A stretch of DNA of 55,409 bases, the filler included, from Jimgerdemannia flammicorona (lineage: Eukaryota), in the NCBI GenBank assembly GCA_003990765.1. It is 3 parts of 3 records of this genome, joined end to end, with 100 filler letters (N's around TTAATTAATTAA, not from the genome) between each part and the next. Parts side by side here need not be neighbours in the genome. Positions count along the whole stretch, not along the records: positions 1 to 18,409 come from RBNJ01002218.1; positions 18,510 to 36,918 come from RBNJ01002219.1; 1 more part is not named here. The stretch is one strand, 5' to 3'. Shown in pieces: positions 11,208 to 23,429 of this stretch. Numbering within the stretch: position 1 is the stretch's first letter; every line of letters starts with the position of its first letter. Both the position numbers and the translations under genes were made by a program. Below the pieces are notes generated by a model. That model saw only the letters and a program-made list of their open reading frames with translations. It did no database searches and was not told the origin of the DNA.

Positions 11208-12304
11208 ATGACCACCAAGATCTATACCCATATCTGCACTGACATTTGGAATACCATTGTCAACAGAGCCATACTCCCTCTGCCCCTTATGAATATCCAT
11301 AGCCTAGCACCCTTCTACTTTGTGGAAGCCTGATGGAATGCTCTGAACATGCTTAGCAAGGCCCACCGAATCAGACAAATCTCAAGCTACTACCAGATCG
11401 GCCACCTTCTAGAAGATATGATTGAACACCACCACGATACAGACATTACCCAGATGTCTCAACACCAGAAGCTCATTGCCCACAAACATCGAGAACTCTT
11501 CTATGAGTATAGCACTGTTATTCCCTACCTCCAAGTTACCATAGCTGAAATGGTTGCTACTCTGTCCTATGGCCAAATCGATGACATGATATAAGAACTC
11601 AACCACAAGTACCTTGAGTATGTCGAAACCACAGATAGAACCTTCTCACACCCCAATGATCATATCCTGCAAATACCCCAAGTTGGATATACTATAAAGG
11701 ATATCTATAATATAATCTACTTCGATGAAGATAAAGCAGAAGACAATGATCCCTCTAATGCCAACATGACCTCTAGCCAAGGATTTCTGCCAACTCTGAT
11801 CATACCGCCAATCTTGCCAATGAACTTACAATAATTTATAACAGCATACAAGACTTATTGGAACAATGACCACTGGCATAAATACCAACCCGCCTTTATC
11901 TCTGATTACTTCAACTACAATGAAGAGACTGGAGAACACAACCTGTACCTCCAGACAACCCTCGAGATTGAACCAACCACTCCACTACCCGAGTATGAGC
12001 AATATGAACATGGCCACCAGCTTACTACAACCCTATGACTCATAGTGCTGTAACCTACAGAAGGTATGCAGACAGTGAATCTGATGAAAGTGAAGATGAT
12101 GCACCCCTCCTTTGCCCACCAATACCTTATTCAGTATATGAGACAGATGATGCCATCTTATGGGATGGAGATGAAGTTCCAATATATTATTATCTTAATG
12201 AACAAGGAGAAGTAATCCATGAACCACTCTTCCTAGATGACTACTTCATCAGAGATAATGCAATTAATGGTGATGTTATTGAAGACTACCCAGACAGTAC
12301 CTAA
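11208..12304 (+). pseudogene. Third copy of the LTR(U3) accessory ORF
   Basis: ORF fragments 11151-11333, 11349-11594 and 12035-12304 match the other copies. Several C>T stops and a 1-nt deletion near 12008. Confidence 0.85.
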
Positions 12305-12441
12305 ACCTATAAATAGTCTAGCAGTCATAGTATAGTTAGATTAGCCTTGTACTACATGACTGCATTCCAACTCAGCAAGGCACTTAGTGCTACATCCATA
12401 TTTAGTATAGTCCAGATAGCCCCTCACTAGTATAAATACCC

Positions 12442-12446
<5 letters not shown>

Positions 12447-12514
<68 letters not shown>

Positions 12515-13686
12515 TTTTACAGACTCATGTCCCGCGGATTTTTATTAGAAGGGAACCTAGACTATATAGGCCAAAACCCTCCCCCACCACCCACCAAGCA
12601 CTGCCCCCTCATTAACCTAGGCTAGCTATTGTCCAGCAGCTTGACCATACCAGGTGCAGCAGGGCTAATAAGCCCACACCTCATTCTGCACACCATGCTC
12701 TCCCTACCACCAGGGGAAACCCAACTATATGCCAACGACCAAAAGCACATGCCTGAGAACCCAACGTATGTATAAGGCTATACCCGAGCTGAATAGAATA
12801 GTCCCTGCCACCCCAAAGAGAATGACAGGTAAATAAAAAACCCTCATCAAAGCACAACATGGTGGGTAGGGCCTGGTTCTCCCAGTCGAGGTGAGTAAAG
12901 GACTTACATATGAGGTAGGAGGAAACCCCCAATACCCCACTACTCAAGCCTGTGGGCCTCGATCACATTGCCATGTCAGCTCCCAGTTCCAGTTGAGTGC
13001 AGCCAAGATGCCTGAAATGGGTAGCCTTGGGCCTCCTGACCCCTCCTGATGACTGGGGCCCAACCCTACTGACCGCCAAAAGAAGCCGATAGTGACACCT
13101 ACCACCTAACCACGCTGCACCAATCAAAAGACCCCACCAAAGCAGCACCTGCCCCAGCCCCGATGACTGCCCCCAGCCTAGCACCCTACTGGTTCACTGT
13201 AATCACCCTTCCACCTATCTGTGATGGCCATCTCCCCTCCCATCCCGACAACACCCAAAAAGCAGTCACCTATGCCAGAACTGTGCTTGCCAGGAAGCTC
13301 GCCAAAGCCAAAGGGCCCCACTACAGGTACTGAGAACCTGCAGGTAACCTATACTGAGCACTTGACGCCCAAGGTCGGCCGACTCCCTATGTAGCCCGAG
13401 ACACACCAAGACAACTCCTTGTTGGCGACGGCAAAAGGAAGAAGGCACTGCACCAAAATGAGTATACCCCAGATGCAGCTAAAGGTACCAGAATCCGCGA
13501 AAAAGTGAAGGAAGCACTGATCCGACACTGATAAAGGGGCAACTCATCACTATTGCCCTCCTCCCACCATGCCCCTGTAGGCACAGCAAACCAACCCGAG
13601 GTAGAGGGGATAATATTAGGAGAAAGGGGACTTGGAAGGTCGCCTACCAAACCTTGTGACCAGTAAGGTAGCGGAGAAAGGAGTCG
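12447..13686 (-). mobile_element. Retroposon R1, complete copy (~1.17 kb plus poly(A))
   Basis: 18-bp TSD AGTATAAATACCCCCTCT at 12429-12446 and 13687-13704. Poly(T) on plus at 12447-12513. AATAAA about 25-30 nt before the tail. No recognisable coding domain. Confidence 0.9.
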
Positions 13687-14167
13687 AGTATAAATACCCC
13701 CTCTCCCAGACCTCAGAATCCTAGACTTGAGTATACAAGAACATTCCTGAATACTTCCCCACAATATCCCTTCATATAACTACTCCTAGTATAGCAATAG
13801 CATGAATAGCAAATAAACCTATTTGATAACCCACAAACCACTCTTAAGTAAATCCACTCCCTGTTAGGTCCCACTCCTAACCCCATCATGAAATTTCCTA
13901 ATTGGGTATTGTCTGCAGTGATATACCAATTCAACTAAGCTGGTCTTAGTTTCTTGAACTTCCTGAAATATGGAAAATCCTGAACATCCAGAACTAGTCC
14001 CAAAAAAGGACTTTGGTTGAGATGTCAACCTGATCTTGAAATCAATAAGCATAGAGGATATACTCTATATAAAATTGATCTTGACCATAAGAAAACGGTC
14101 TTCCAGAATTTCCAGAAAACCTTTCCAGAACTATGTAATGGTTACCCTAAAAAGCAACCCTCTTATA

Positions 14168-14616
14168 TTTTGGATCAAAGATCACCGGTATTGGTACATT
14201 AGTGAGAAGTCTTTTTAGATAATTAAAGGCTTGAGTTTGAATAGAAGTCTAATGTTTTTTAACATCCATAGATTTTTGAGTCAGTATTGTTAAAGAGACT
14301 GCTACTCTAGAGAATCCTTCTATAAATTATCTAAAGAAGTTGACCAATCCTAAGAATTCTTATAATCCTTTAAGGTTTTCTAATTGGGACCAATCTTCTA
14401 TGGGTTTAATTAGTCTGGGAGACATTTTGGCTGTTTCTTTTCCAATAATATGTCCAAGGTATTCTACTTTTTCTTGTAAGAAGTGATATTTTTCAAGCTT
14501 CAGATATAACTGATTTTTTCTCAGTATAGTGAAGATTTCTCTCAGATGTTAAAGGTGGTCCTTTTGAGTTGTACTATAGATGAGAATGTCATCTATATAA
14601 ACTAGTACACACTTGA
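14168..14616 (-). mobile_element. Old Gypsy pol relic (RT C-terminal half)
   Basis: Minus strand reads CVLVYIDDILIYSTTQKDHL...LKLEKYHFLQEKVEYLGHII. Confidence 0.85.
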
Positions 14617-15009
14617 CTGTACAGAAGAATAGGATTGGGATTAAATAAACACCAAAGAACAACAGCGAATACAAACTGTCATATAAACCCTACAAACGGC
14701 TTGATGAGGTCATTGACCTCCTACCATACTGCATCAGGAGGGTCACACAATACTTGACATCAAATGTGGCCAGCATGACGAGCCTTGTGAGTGTACCCAG
14801 GGTGATCTTGAGAAACTTAATGGGATCAATCTTGGTAGAGTAACCAATGTCTATGGCAGTGGCATTCATTGCCTCTGTAGAACAATGAACCATGCTTGTT
14901 AAATATATCCTCTAATACAAACCAAAAACATGACCCTCACAAAAACCCACTTTTATCTCCATTCTTCGAGGGAAACAATTTTCATACATTATTTAGTACA
15001 GAACGACAC

Positions 15010-15290
15010 ACTTTTCGGGATTGAAATCGCGGAAAAGCTCAGATGGTGCGGGTGACTCATCTCCACAGTGAACGATATAAACCTTATATTCGCAATATAT
15101 TACCCATTTTCTATACACCTTCGATGGAAATCATATATCTACTATCAAAAATAATACACCTTCTGTAAAGATTGCTATTTAAAATTCGAAGATTGTGAAC
15201 GGGGGTGTCGGTGAAAATCTTGGCTTATACAGAGCAAGGCAAGTACGACAAAGGCGGAGCTTTACGAACGGACGCTGGCAATTCGCCGGT
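15010..15290 (+). pseudogene. Short TPR (kinesin-light-chain/NLR-type) remnant
   Basis: LAYTEQGKYDK-AELYERTLAIR with a frameshift. 15010-15075 resembles 17993-18046. Confidence 0.45.
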
Positions 15291-16079
15291 CGTGTTAGAG
15301 AGGGGAGGTGTTTACGTTTTTGTTGAGTTCCCGTTTGCAACAAGTGCTTTGCTCTTTTGCAAGTTGCACTACTGCCAATGGCTATAAATATTGTTGTGAA
15401 TGTAAACTGGAGCGTCAAGATGTTGAATCTCTGATGCATTTTGTTCTTTCTTTTCCGGCCATTCGTTTATTTGCTTGGGTTACACGTTTCGTACGCCGTC
15501 ATGCCCAAAAACGTTCGCATAAAGAACACGGAATCGGACCCTGTTGGATCGTGGATCGTGGATATTGACAGCTGCGCATGCCAGTTTTTTTTTTTTTTTT
15601 TTTTTTCGGGGATATGTGAATGGGTTGAACCCCGTCAATAGGACGCACTGGTTATGAGCTGCGCATGTTGGTCTGGGTCTTTTAAGGGGACGTGAGGTGC
15701 GATGAAGCTGTAGTTCAACGGTTGATCAATAGACAGCGCGAAAGGGGGGCGTGTGAGCGAATGACATGTCCGGTGTAATGGCATTCTCAACTCGAACCAG
15801 ATTGACTCGAATCTACTCGTTTGAAGCACCATTAGAAACTGGGATTTTGCATATGCATGCACACCAGAGATGGCACCGCCTGATATGGGCAGTACCAAGT
15901 ATCGGCAACAAAGGAGCTCGGCAACAAAGAGACTCATCGCTGGAATATAGATCATTTGGCCCGAGATTGAGACCCATACCATTTTTACCCATACAACCTC
16001 TCCATACAACTTCCATCCATACGACTTCTACCCATGCTTTCGATGCGTTTGGGATTCTTCCACTCACCTCGGTTTCAAA

Positions 16080-17470
16080 ATGTCGGTCCCGCTTACGGCT
16101 TCGGGGTCACAGGTCGCCCTCTATCCCAAGGATACCGCCACCAAGGTACCCATCCTCAGTGCGCACCCTAACAATTATAAGTCAAATGCGATTGTGTCGC
16201 CAGCAGCTAATATGTTATGCAATACCATCTCAAGCATTAATTCCTGCAACAAAGCTTGCTGCTTCGAATGTCAAAGTCTCTAGCGTCACTTTCGAATGGA
16301 AACTTGACGCTTTCAACAAATTGGCGCCAAAGAAGTACGTGAGCGAACTCTTTTGGACGAGTGAAAGACATCCGTGGCGGTTGGCGTTCTATCCGGTAAA
16401 GTGCCGCTAGTTTTAATTGAATTAGTGGATGGCTAATAAATTGATTGGTTTAACCACTCTAATTAAGTGTGTATTTTAACAGTATGGCAACGCTAAAAGA
16501 AACACATATGATAATATGTCATTCTATTAGGAAAGTTCATATAATGACACTTTCCAGCAAGTCTATTTCAAAAGAAAAGACGTCGCGCTCGACTTATTTG
16601 CTCGCGTTGGAGAGGTTGAAGCACATCACTTTGCGAGGTGCCTTACCTTTGACGAAAAGAACATTAGTTGGGGTATGTTTCTGCTCATGCTCATGCTCAT
16701 TTTACTCCGTTTCCCGCAACACATTTCCCATGCTGGTCGATTCACCTTTCTTGTGGTTCCAAGGATCTAGCCAATTCCAACTTCGAAAAAAGCTGGTTGA
16801 CGCGCTCAAGACCGACGAGGACCCCATCTTGTTGAAAGCAGTCATCCAAATACCGAACGTTGAAATGTTAGTCCTGGCTCCAAACCCCTACTCCAAAGCC
16901 GCCACCGCCACTTTTCTTCAGAACTGTCAACACCGCGACGTCATCTTTCACGTCGACGGAAGGATTATGTACGCCCACGGAGGCCTCCTCGCCGCCCACA
17001 GCAAACACTTTGCTGCTCTGCTCAACGACAGCAAGGAAACTGCTCACAGTATCCCCACTGAAAAAGCGATTATTACCGTCACAGACGATAACCACGAAGC
17101 CTTCCTCTTGATGCTAAGGTATCTGTACACGGGCTCTTTGGACTTTCGCGGATGCCCCGAGGTCAAGGTAGTGGATCTATTCAAAGTTGCTGATAAATAC
17201 GATGTGTGGGCCTTGAGAGATGCGATGGAGGACTGCATCAATAACCTCACAGTTGGGAGCGTCGTCCCATTGCTCTTTGAGTTCGCATACAGTTACGCGC
17301 CCCTGCGCAAGGGGTATTTAAATTTCATTGGCAACAACTTCGAGGCCGTCAGGAAGACAGGCGCTTTCAACAAGTTAGAGAGGAATCCCTGTGGCTGGGA
17401 AGTTTACTCCGAGCTGATGAGGGAAATTGTTGAATGTGTCCCGACCAGAGATGCGGAAATGGAAAGCTGA
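16080..17470 (+). pseudogene. MATH-BTB/POZ (SPOP-like) gene with a premature TAG
   Basis: MATH motifs TFEWKLDAF, WRLAFYP-YGN, MSFY*E, WGSSQF. BTB motifs DVIFHVDG..YAH..LLAAHSKHF, FLLMLRYLYTG, ADKY. GT-AG introns 16396-16482 and 16673-16763; first intron uncertain. TAG at 16528-16530. Confidence 0.8.
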
Positions 17471-17989
17471 TGTGTTGTTCAAGAGGAAAACAGGAAAGTG
17501 GAGGGTTCGACTATTGCTTCATTGTGAGGAGTAGTTCGTGTTGTAATATTTAAAAGCTCGAAAATTCAAAATGTATAGCACGTTATCGCAATGATTCACT
17601 GTTAGTAACTCTACGATAACGTATATCAGAAGTTATTATCCACAGTGACGCATGCAAGGGGAGTATGATTGATCACCGCTTTTGTGTATTGACTTCAACC
17701 AACCAAACGCCTACTACTATTTGTATAGGATTTTCGCTCTTATTGGCATATCGAGTCCCGGTGCTATCATTTAAATCGGCCAACGGATGTAGCGATTCGT
17801 TCTAATTACAATCGCCCGATCTTAAGTCCCATGCTCGAAACGGACCAAAAAAAAAAAAAAAAATCGAGTTACGGTATTTACCGAACCTTGACAGTCGTCT
17901 TCCACAATTCCAATCAATTGTTTTTAAAACCAGTGATAAGACCGATGATAATCCCACCGATCCTATGAGGAAGTTTGACGCAGAACGTC

Positions 17990-18392
17990 ATACTTTTCGG
18001 GATCGAAAACGCGGAAAGAGTTGGGGACTCATCTCCATCCTGAACGAAGAGTTCGGCGAATCATCTGGCCAGTACGACAAGAGCAGAACCGCTTTGTGAA
18101 CGGGCGCCGGCGATTCGCACCCTGACACGGGCTGATCCCCTGAACAATCTACATAAGCCAGGGCCACTGGTCCGACAGTCGCTGGTGATACGTGAGAAGG
18201 TGTTGGGGAACAGACACATCAACAATGTGGCTGGGCCCCACGCCACCCCAGGAAAGCATATACGACGAGGCGACAAGAGCACCCGAGTACGGCATCAACT
18301 CTAATCTGGCTGGGTTTTATAAACGCCAGAGGGCGCTGCCGATCGGAGAGAAAGTGTTTGGATCAGAGCACCGGAATGCAGCACAATCTCGC
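17990..18392 (+). pseudogene. Degenerate TPR-repeat gene fragment (kinesin-light-chain/NLR-type)
   Basis: Frameshifted GQYDK-AEPLCERAPAIR, QSLVIREKVLG, NLAGFYKRQRALPIGEKVFGSEH. Confidence 0.65.
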
Positions 18393-18409
18393 AAACCCCC
18401 TCCCCCCCC

Positions 18410-18509
18410 NNNNNNNNNNNNNNNNNNNNNNNNNNNNNNNNNNNNNNNNNNNNTTAATTAATTAANNNNNNNNNNNNNNNNNNNNNNNNNNNNNNNNNNN
18501 NNNNNNNNN
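18410..18509. other. Assembly gap / artificial contig linker
   Basis: 44 N + TTAATTAATTAA + 44 N; the 12-mer has stops in all six frames. Confidence 0.97.
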
Positions 18510-20770
18510 AAAAAAAAAAAGGAATTGAGATCATCTTTACCATTCAAATAAAGAGACTCTTCTGCAAAAAAGGAAACACCTACTTCATCTGTACTATACA
18601 AGAAGTCACCAAAGCCCTGAGTAGCCCAATTCTATCAGAAGCTCAAGAATTATTTGAGGAATTTCAAGATATATTTCAGAAATCCAAAGGACTTCCACCC
18701 AAGTACCAAATCCAATATGGAATTAATCTCATTCCAGGATCTAAACCTCTATATAAGAGTATCTATCAACTGGTCCAATCTGAACTCAAGATCCTTGAGA
18801 ATGAGTTGACCAAACTATTGGCCCAAGGATATATTGAATCTAGCTGCTCTTTATTTAGAGCCTCTATTCTATTTATCAAGAAGAAGGATAGCTCTATGCA
18901 AATGTGCATTGACTATAGAGCTCTCAACAAGATCACTATTAAGAACTGATATATCTTATCTAGAATTGATGAGTTGTTATACCAGATCTAAGGCCAAGAC
19001 CTTTTCTTTACTGAACTTATGAAATAGTTACCACCAGATCCTCATTGATGAGAAGGACATTGAGAAGATAGCTTTCCAAATACAGTTTGAACACTACTAG
19101 TTCCAAGTCATGCTCTTTGATTTAACTAATATACTAGTAACATTCTAGTATCTGATGAATAACATCTTTAGACCATTGCTTAACATTTGTATTCTTGTGA
19201 TATACTAATCTACAGCACAACAGTAAAGCTATACTATACCTACCTCAGGCAGATACTGATCCTTCTATAAGAACACCAGCCTTATGCTAAGATGAGTAAG
19301 TACAAGTTCTATTAAGACCAGATTGAGTATCTAGAACATATTATCTCTACTGAAAGAATTAACATAAACCTCTGAAATATATCAGCTCTCAAGAATATTT
19401 ACATTTCTACTCCTCTCAAGCTACTTTAGTGCTTCTTGGATATTGCTAGTTACTACTGAAGATTCATTCAAAGATACTCTGCTATTATATCCCCACTGAT
19501 CAGCCTAGCCTACAAAGGAGTAAATATCAAAACTGAATAGACCCCCAAGTATACCCAGGCTATAGACTACCTTAAGAGGCTCCTTACTGAGGCCCCAGTA
19601 CTAATTGTATCTAACTTTACCAGATTATTTACTCTGATCACAGATGCCTCTGATATTGCTATTGAGACAGTACTCAGCCAAGAATATCACCCAGTGGTCT
19701 ATCTCTCCCAAAAGCTCAAGCCAGCTGAGATCTAGTATATTATCTATGAGAAAAAACTTCTGGCCATTATCACTGCACTCTAGGAATAGCACTATTTTCT
19801 CCTAGAACAACTATTTATAGCCTATATATATTACCATACTCTGTAGTACATTTACATACAGCTCATGCTGATCTACAGACAAGCCTGCTGGATGGAAATT
19901 ATTACCAACTTTAAAATAGAAATCACATATATCTCAGATAAAACCAACTGTGTGGCTGATGGTTTCTCCAGATATATAGAAGATGAACTTGTCTTCATAG
20001 TTGAGATAATTGAAGACCTCACTCAGATGATCAAGAATGACTACTAACAGAATAGTCCTCTGGTGAAATTCCTTCAATTCTGCCAAGACCCAGAGGCTAA
20101 GGTCCCAGGACTCATGAGACAAATGTTCAAAAGATTCACTTACTATGATAGACTTATCTACAAAGACTATAATAGAGTAGTTATATCTAATAATAATACT
20201 CTATAGCTCAAGATCATACAGGAACTCTATGATACTTCTGCAGCAAGATATTTTAGCTTTAAGAAGACCTACAATCTCCTCTCAAGAGAGTTCTACAGAC
20301 CAAAGATGACCAAGAATATCAAAGATTTCATGGCCTCATAGGAGATATATTAAAGATTTAAAAGTAGTAATAAACTACCAGCAGGACTTCTGCAACCCCT
20401 GCCTATCCTAAGTTACAACTAGGATCAGATTGCAATAGACTTCATTGTCCAGCTCTCCAAGACTAAGGCAGAATAGGATACTATTATAGTATTTATAGAC
20501 TGCCTAAGCAAACAAGCCCATTTTGCACTCACTAAGACTACTGTCACAGTACCAGAGATTACTGAGATCTTCTTCAATCAAGTATTCAGTCTATATAGTA
20601 TATCTAGCACCATTGTATCTAACTGAGATGCCAAGTTTACAAGCAACTTCTGGAAGACATTCTTCCCCTTCCATGAGACCAAGCTGAAGTTCTCTACTAT
20701 CTACTACCTCCAGACTGATGGTCAGACTGAGCAAATCAACAGGACTCTCAAGCAGATACTTAGCATCTTC

Positions 20771-20772
<2 letters not shown>

Positions 20773-20805
<33 letters not shown>

Positions 20806-22101
20806 TTTTTTTTTTTTTTTTTTTTCTATAGGCTGTAGTCTCATTTATTAACTATCTATAATATGTCACTTATCCTTATACAATATCAGTAGCCCCATTC
20901 TCAATCTCAACCTACCTTCACACTCACCCAGTCTTACATCTTTAGAGTATGAGTTGTAACCTTACTACTTGAGTAACTAAATCCTTCTATCTAGCCTGCC
21001 CCACCCAGTGGGTATGGGTTGTGAGTCCCAACTACCTCAAGTACTTGGCATCTAGTGTATCTGACCTACTTCTATTAGTACCTTCTGTCTTGTCCATCTA
21101 GCCTATCTTACCTATCTTATCTGCCTATGTTGCCTATATTGTCTATATTGCTATCTTACCATCTTGCCTATCTTGCCTATCTTGCCCATCTTGCCCATCT
21201 TGCCCACCTGTATTGCCTGTATTACTCATGTTGCCCATGTTGTCCATATTTCCTATATTGCCCATATTGCCTATTTTGCCCATTTTGTCTATTTTGCCCA
21301 TCTTGCCTATATTACCTGTCTTGTCATCTGCCTGTCTTGCCCATATTGCCCATGTTGCTATCTTGTCTGTCTTGCCCATCTTGTCTATCTTGCCCACCAA
21401 TATTGTCCATATTGCCTATATTGTCTATGTTACCCATATTTCCTATATTGCCTGTATTGCTCATATTGCCTGCTATGTTATCTATATTATCCATATTGCC
21501 TATATTGCCTGTATTGCCTATATTATCTGTATTATCTACCTATATTGCCTGTGTTATCTGTGTTGCCCATTTTATCCATTTTACCCATTTTGCTCATCTT
21601 GCCCATATTGCCTATCTTACTATCTATCTATCTTGCCTATATTACCCATCTTGCTGTCTTGCCATCTTACCCATCTTGCCTGTCTTGCCCATCTTGCCTA
21701 TCTTACCTATCTTGTCTGTCTTGCCCATATCACTCATCTTGTTATCTTGCCATTTTGCCCATCTTACCTATCTTGCCTATCTTATCCATCTTACCTATCT
21801 TGCCCACCTGTATTACCCATGTTACTTATGTTGCCCATGTTGCCCATATTGCCCATATTGCCCATATTGCCCATTTTGCCCATTTTGCCCATATCACCAC
21901 CTGTCTTACTATCTACCTGTCTTGCCTATATCACCTGTCTTGCTATCTTGTCATCTTACTTGTCTGGCCCATCTTGCCCATCTTGCTTATCTTGTCTGCC
22001 CATGTTGCCCATGTTGCCCATATTGCCTATATTGCCTATGTTGCCCATATTGCCTGTAGCCTACCAAACTATTATGACTGATAAGGTAGTAGAGAAAGGG
22101 G
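20773..22101 (-). mobile_element. Non-autonomous poly(A) retroposon R2 carrying a 9-bp minisatellite, inserted in the Gypsy B integrase
   Basis: ~15-bp TSD TACTTAG(C/T)ATCTTCT at 20757-20771 and 22102-22116. Poly(T) on plus at 20773-20824 with AATAAA upstream on minus. 5' head matches R1. Confidence 0.85.
21085..22056. repeat. Degenerate 9-bp tandem repeat (TTGCCYATN), about 100 units
   Basis: Units such as ttgcccata, ttgcctata, ttgcccatc and ttgcccatg; produces the low-complexity ORFs at 21127-22139. Confidence 0.95.
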
Positions 22102-23429
22102 TACTTAGTATCTTCTGCTATTACAAGCAGAATAATTGAGACAAGTACTTAGCCTATACCAAGTTTATCTATAATAATAGCCAGCAAACCTCTATAAAGA
22201 AGACTCTATTCTTCCTAAACCATGGTTAACATCCAAGAACCCCAAGCATTACTTAAAATTAGTAGTTCCAATAGCCTAAGATTTGGCTGAGACTATTTCT
22301 GATCTTATGCAAATGACAAGAGATACTCTTATAGAAGTACAGGACTATCAGACCAAGTATGTGAACTTGAAGTGAAGAGAAGTCTTCTATAATATTGGTA
22401 ATATAGTTATACTTAGAACAGACCATCTTACTCTGGTATAGCAATCAGCCAAGAAACTCTATGCTAAAAGAATTAGACTATATAAGATTATGAAAAAAGT
22501 CAGCAGAGTCAACTATAAGTTAGAACTCTCCTATAATATTCAAGTATATCCAGTATTCCATATCAGCCAATTGGTAGACTACTATGAGAACATATTCTCT
22601 AAGTATATAGTTCCACCACTACTCCCAATTAGGATCAATGATGATGAGGAATTTGAAATCAAGAAAATACTTAACCACAAGATCCACAAACATACCAAAA
22701 CAGTCAAGTAGTTTTCCTCATCAAGTGAAAGAGTTATCCCATCTATGATGCTATCTGGGAAAAAGAAGAAGCTCTAGAGAATGCATATAAAGCCCTTCAG
22801 GACTATATGGAAATACTTACTCCTCAGCAGAGGAAGGAACTATAGCTCTAAAACTTAGAACACATAGTAAAGAAAGAAGATACAATATATTTAGCTAGAA
22901 TATACAATACTGAATATTACAAAAAAAGAAATACTATAGTTAATCAACAATAGGATACTCAGGTGAAGAACAACCCAGCAAGGTATAGCAAAATATATTT
23001 GAATAACTCTGTTTCATACTATTTATATCATCTCTGCTAGAGAGTGACAGATGCTTCATATAGAACTTAAGAAAGCTGACAATGTTAAATCCAATCTCAG
23101 CCCATCTATATGATAGATATTGTTACTAGGAATTACCTCAGATTACAAAAAATATTATTTTTGAGAGATTTGAACTCCCAGCTATAACAATAAGAGCCCT
23201 TGCCCTAGATAAGAATGGCCAGTTCTCACAAATGCATAATAAGATAAAAAAAAAGAGAACCAAGATCTGTTAACTGTATATAACTATAATCATAATATAG
23301 TAATATCTCAGGTGACCAGCATATACTCTGCTTAGAGTAATAAGTTATATATTCTATCAGAAAAGGTAATTGAATTAAAGTCACACCAAATAGGTGAATA
23401 AGTATAAATATCTAGAGCAAGAATATACT

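Larger units (their letters stand above)
10920..14167 (+). mobile_element. Solo LTR of family A containing a nested R1 retroposon
   Basis: Starts TGTAAG and ends CTTATA (decayed CA). 5-bp TSD TTTTG at 10915-10919 and 14168-14172. Confidence 0.93.

Noticed and set aside
18454..18465. TTAATTAATTAA palindrome (also 36963-36974)
   Set aside because: Artificial linker inside N runs; adjacency across it is unreliable.
21127..22139. Three ~300-aa Cys/Pro/Leu/His-rich ORFs
   Set aside because: Products of a 9-bp repeat on the antisense strand of R2.
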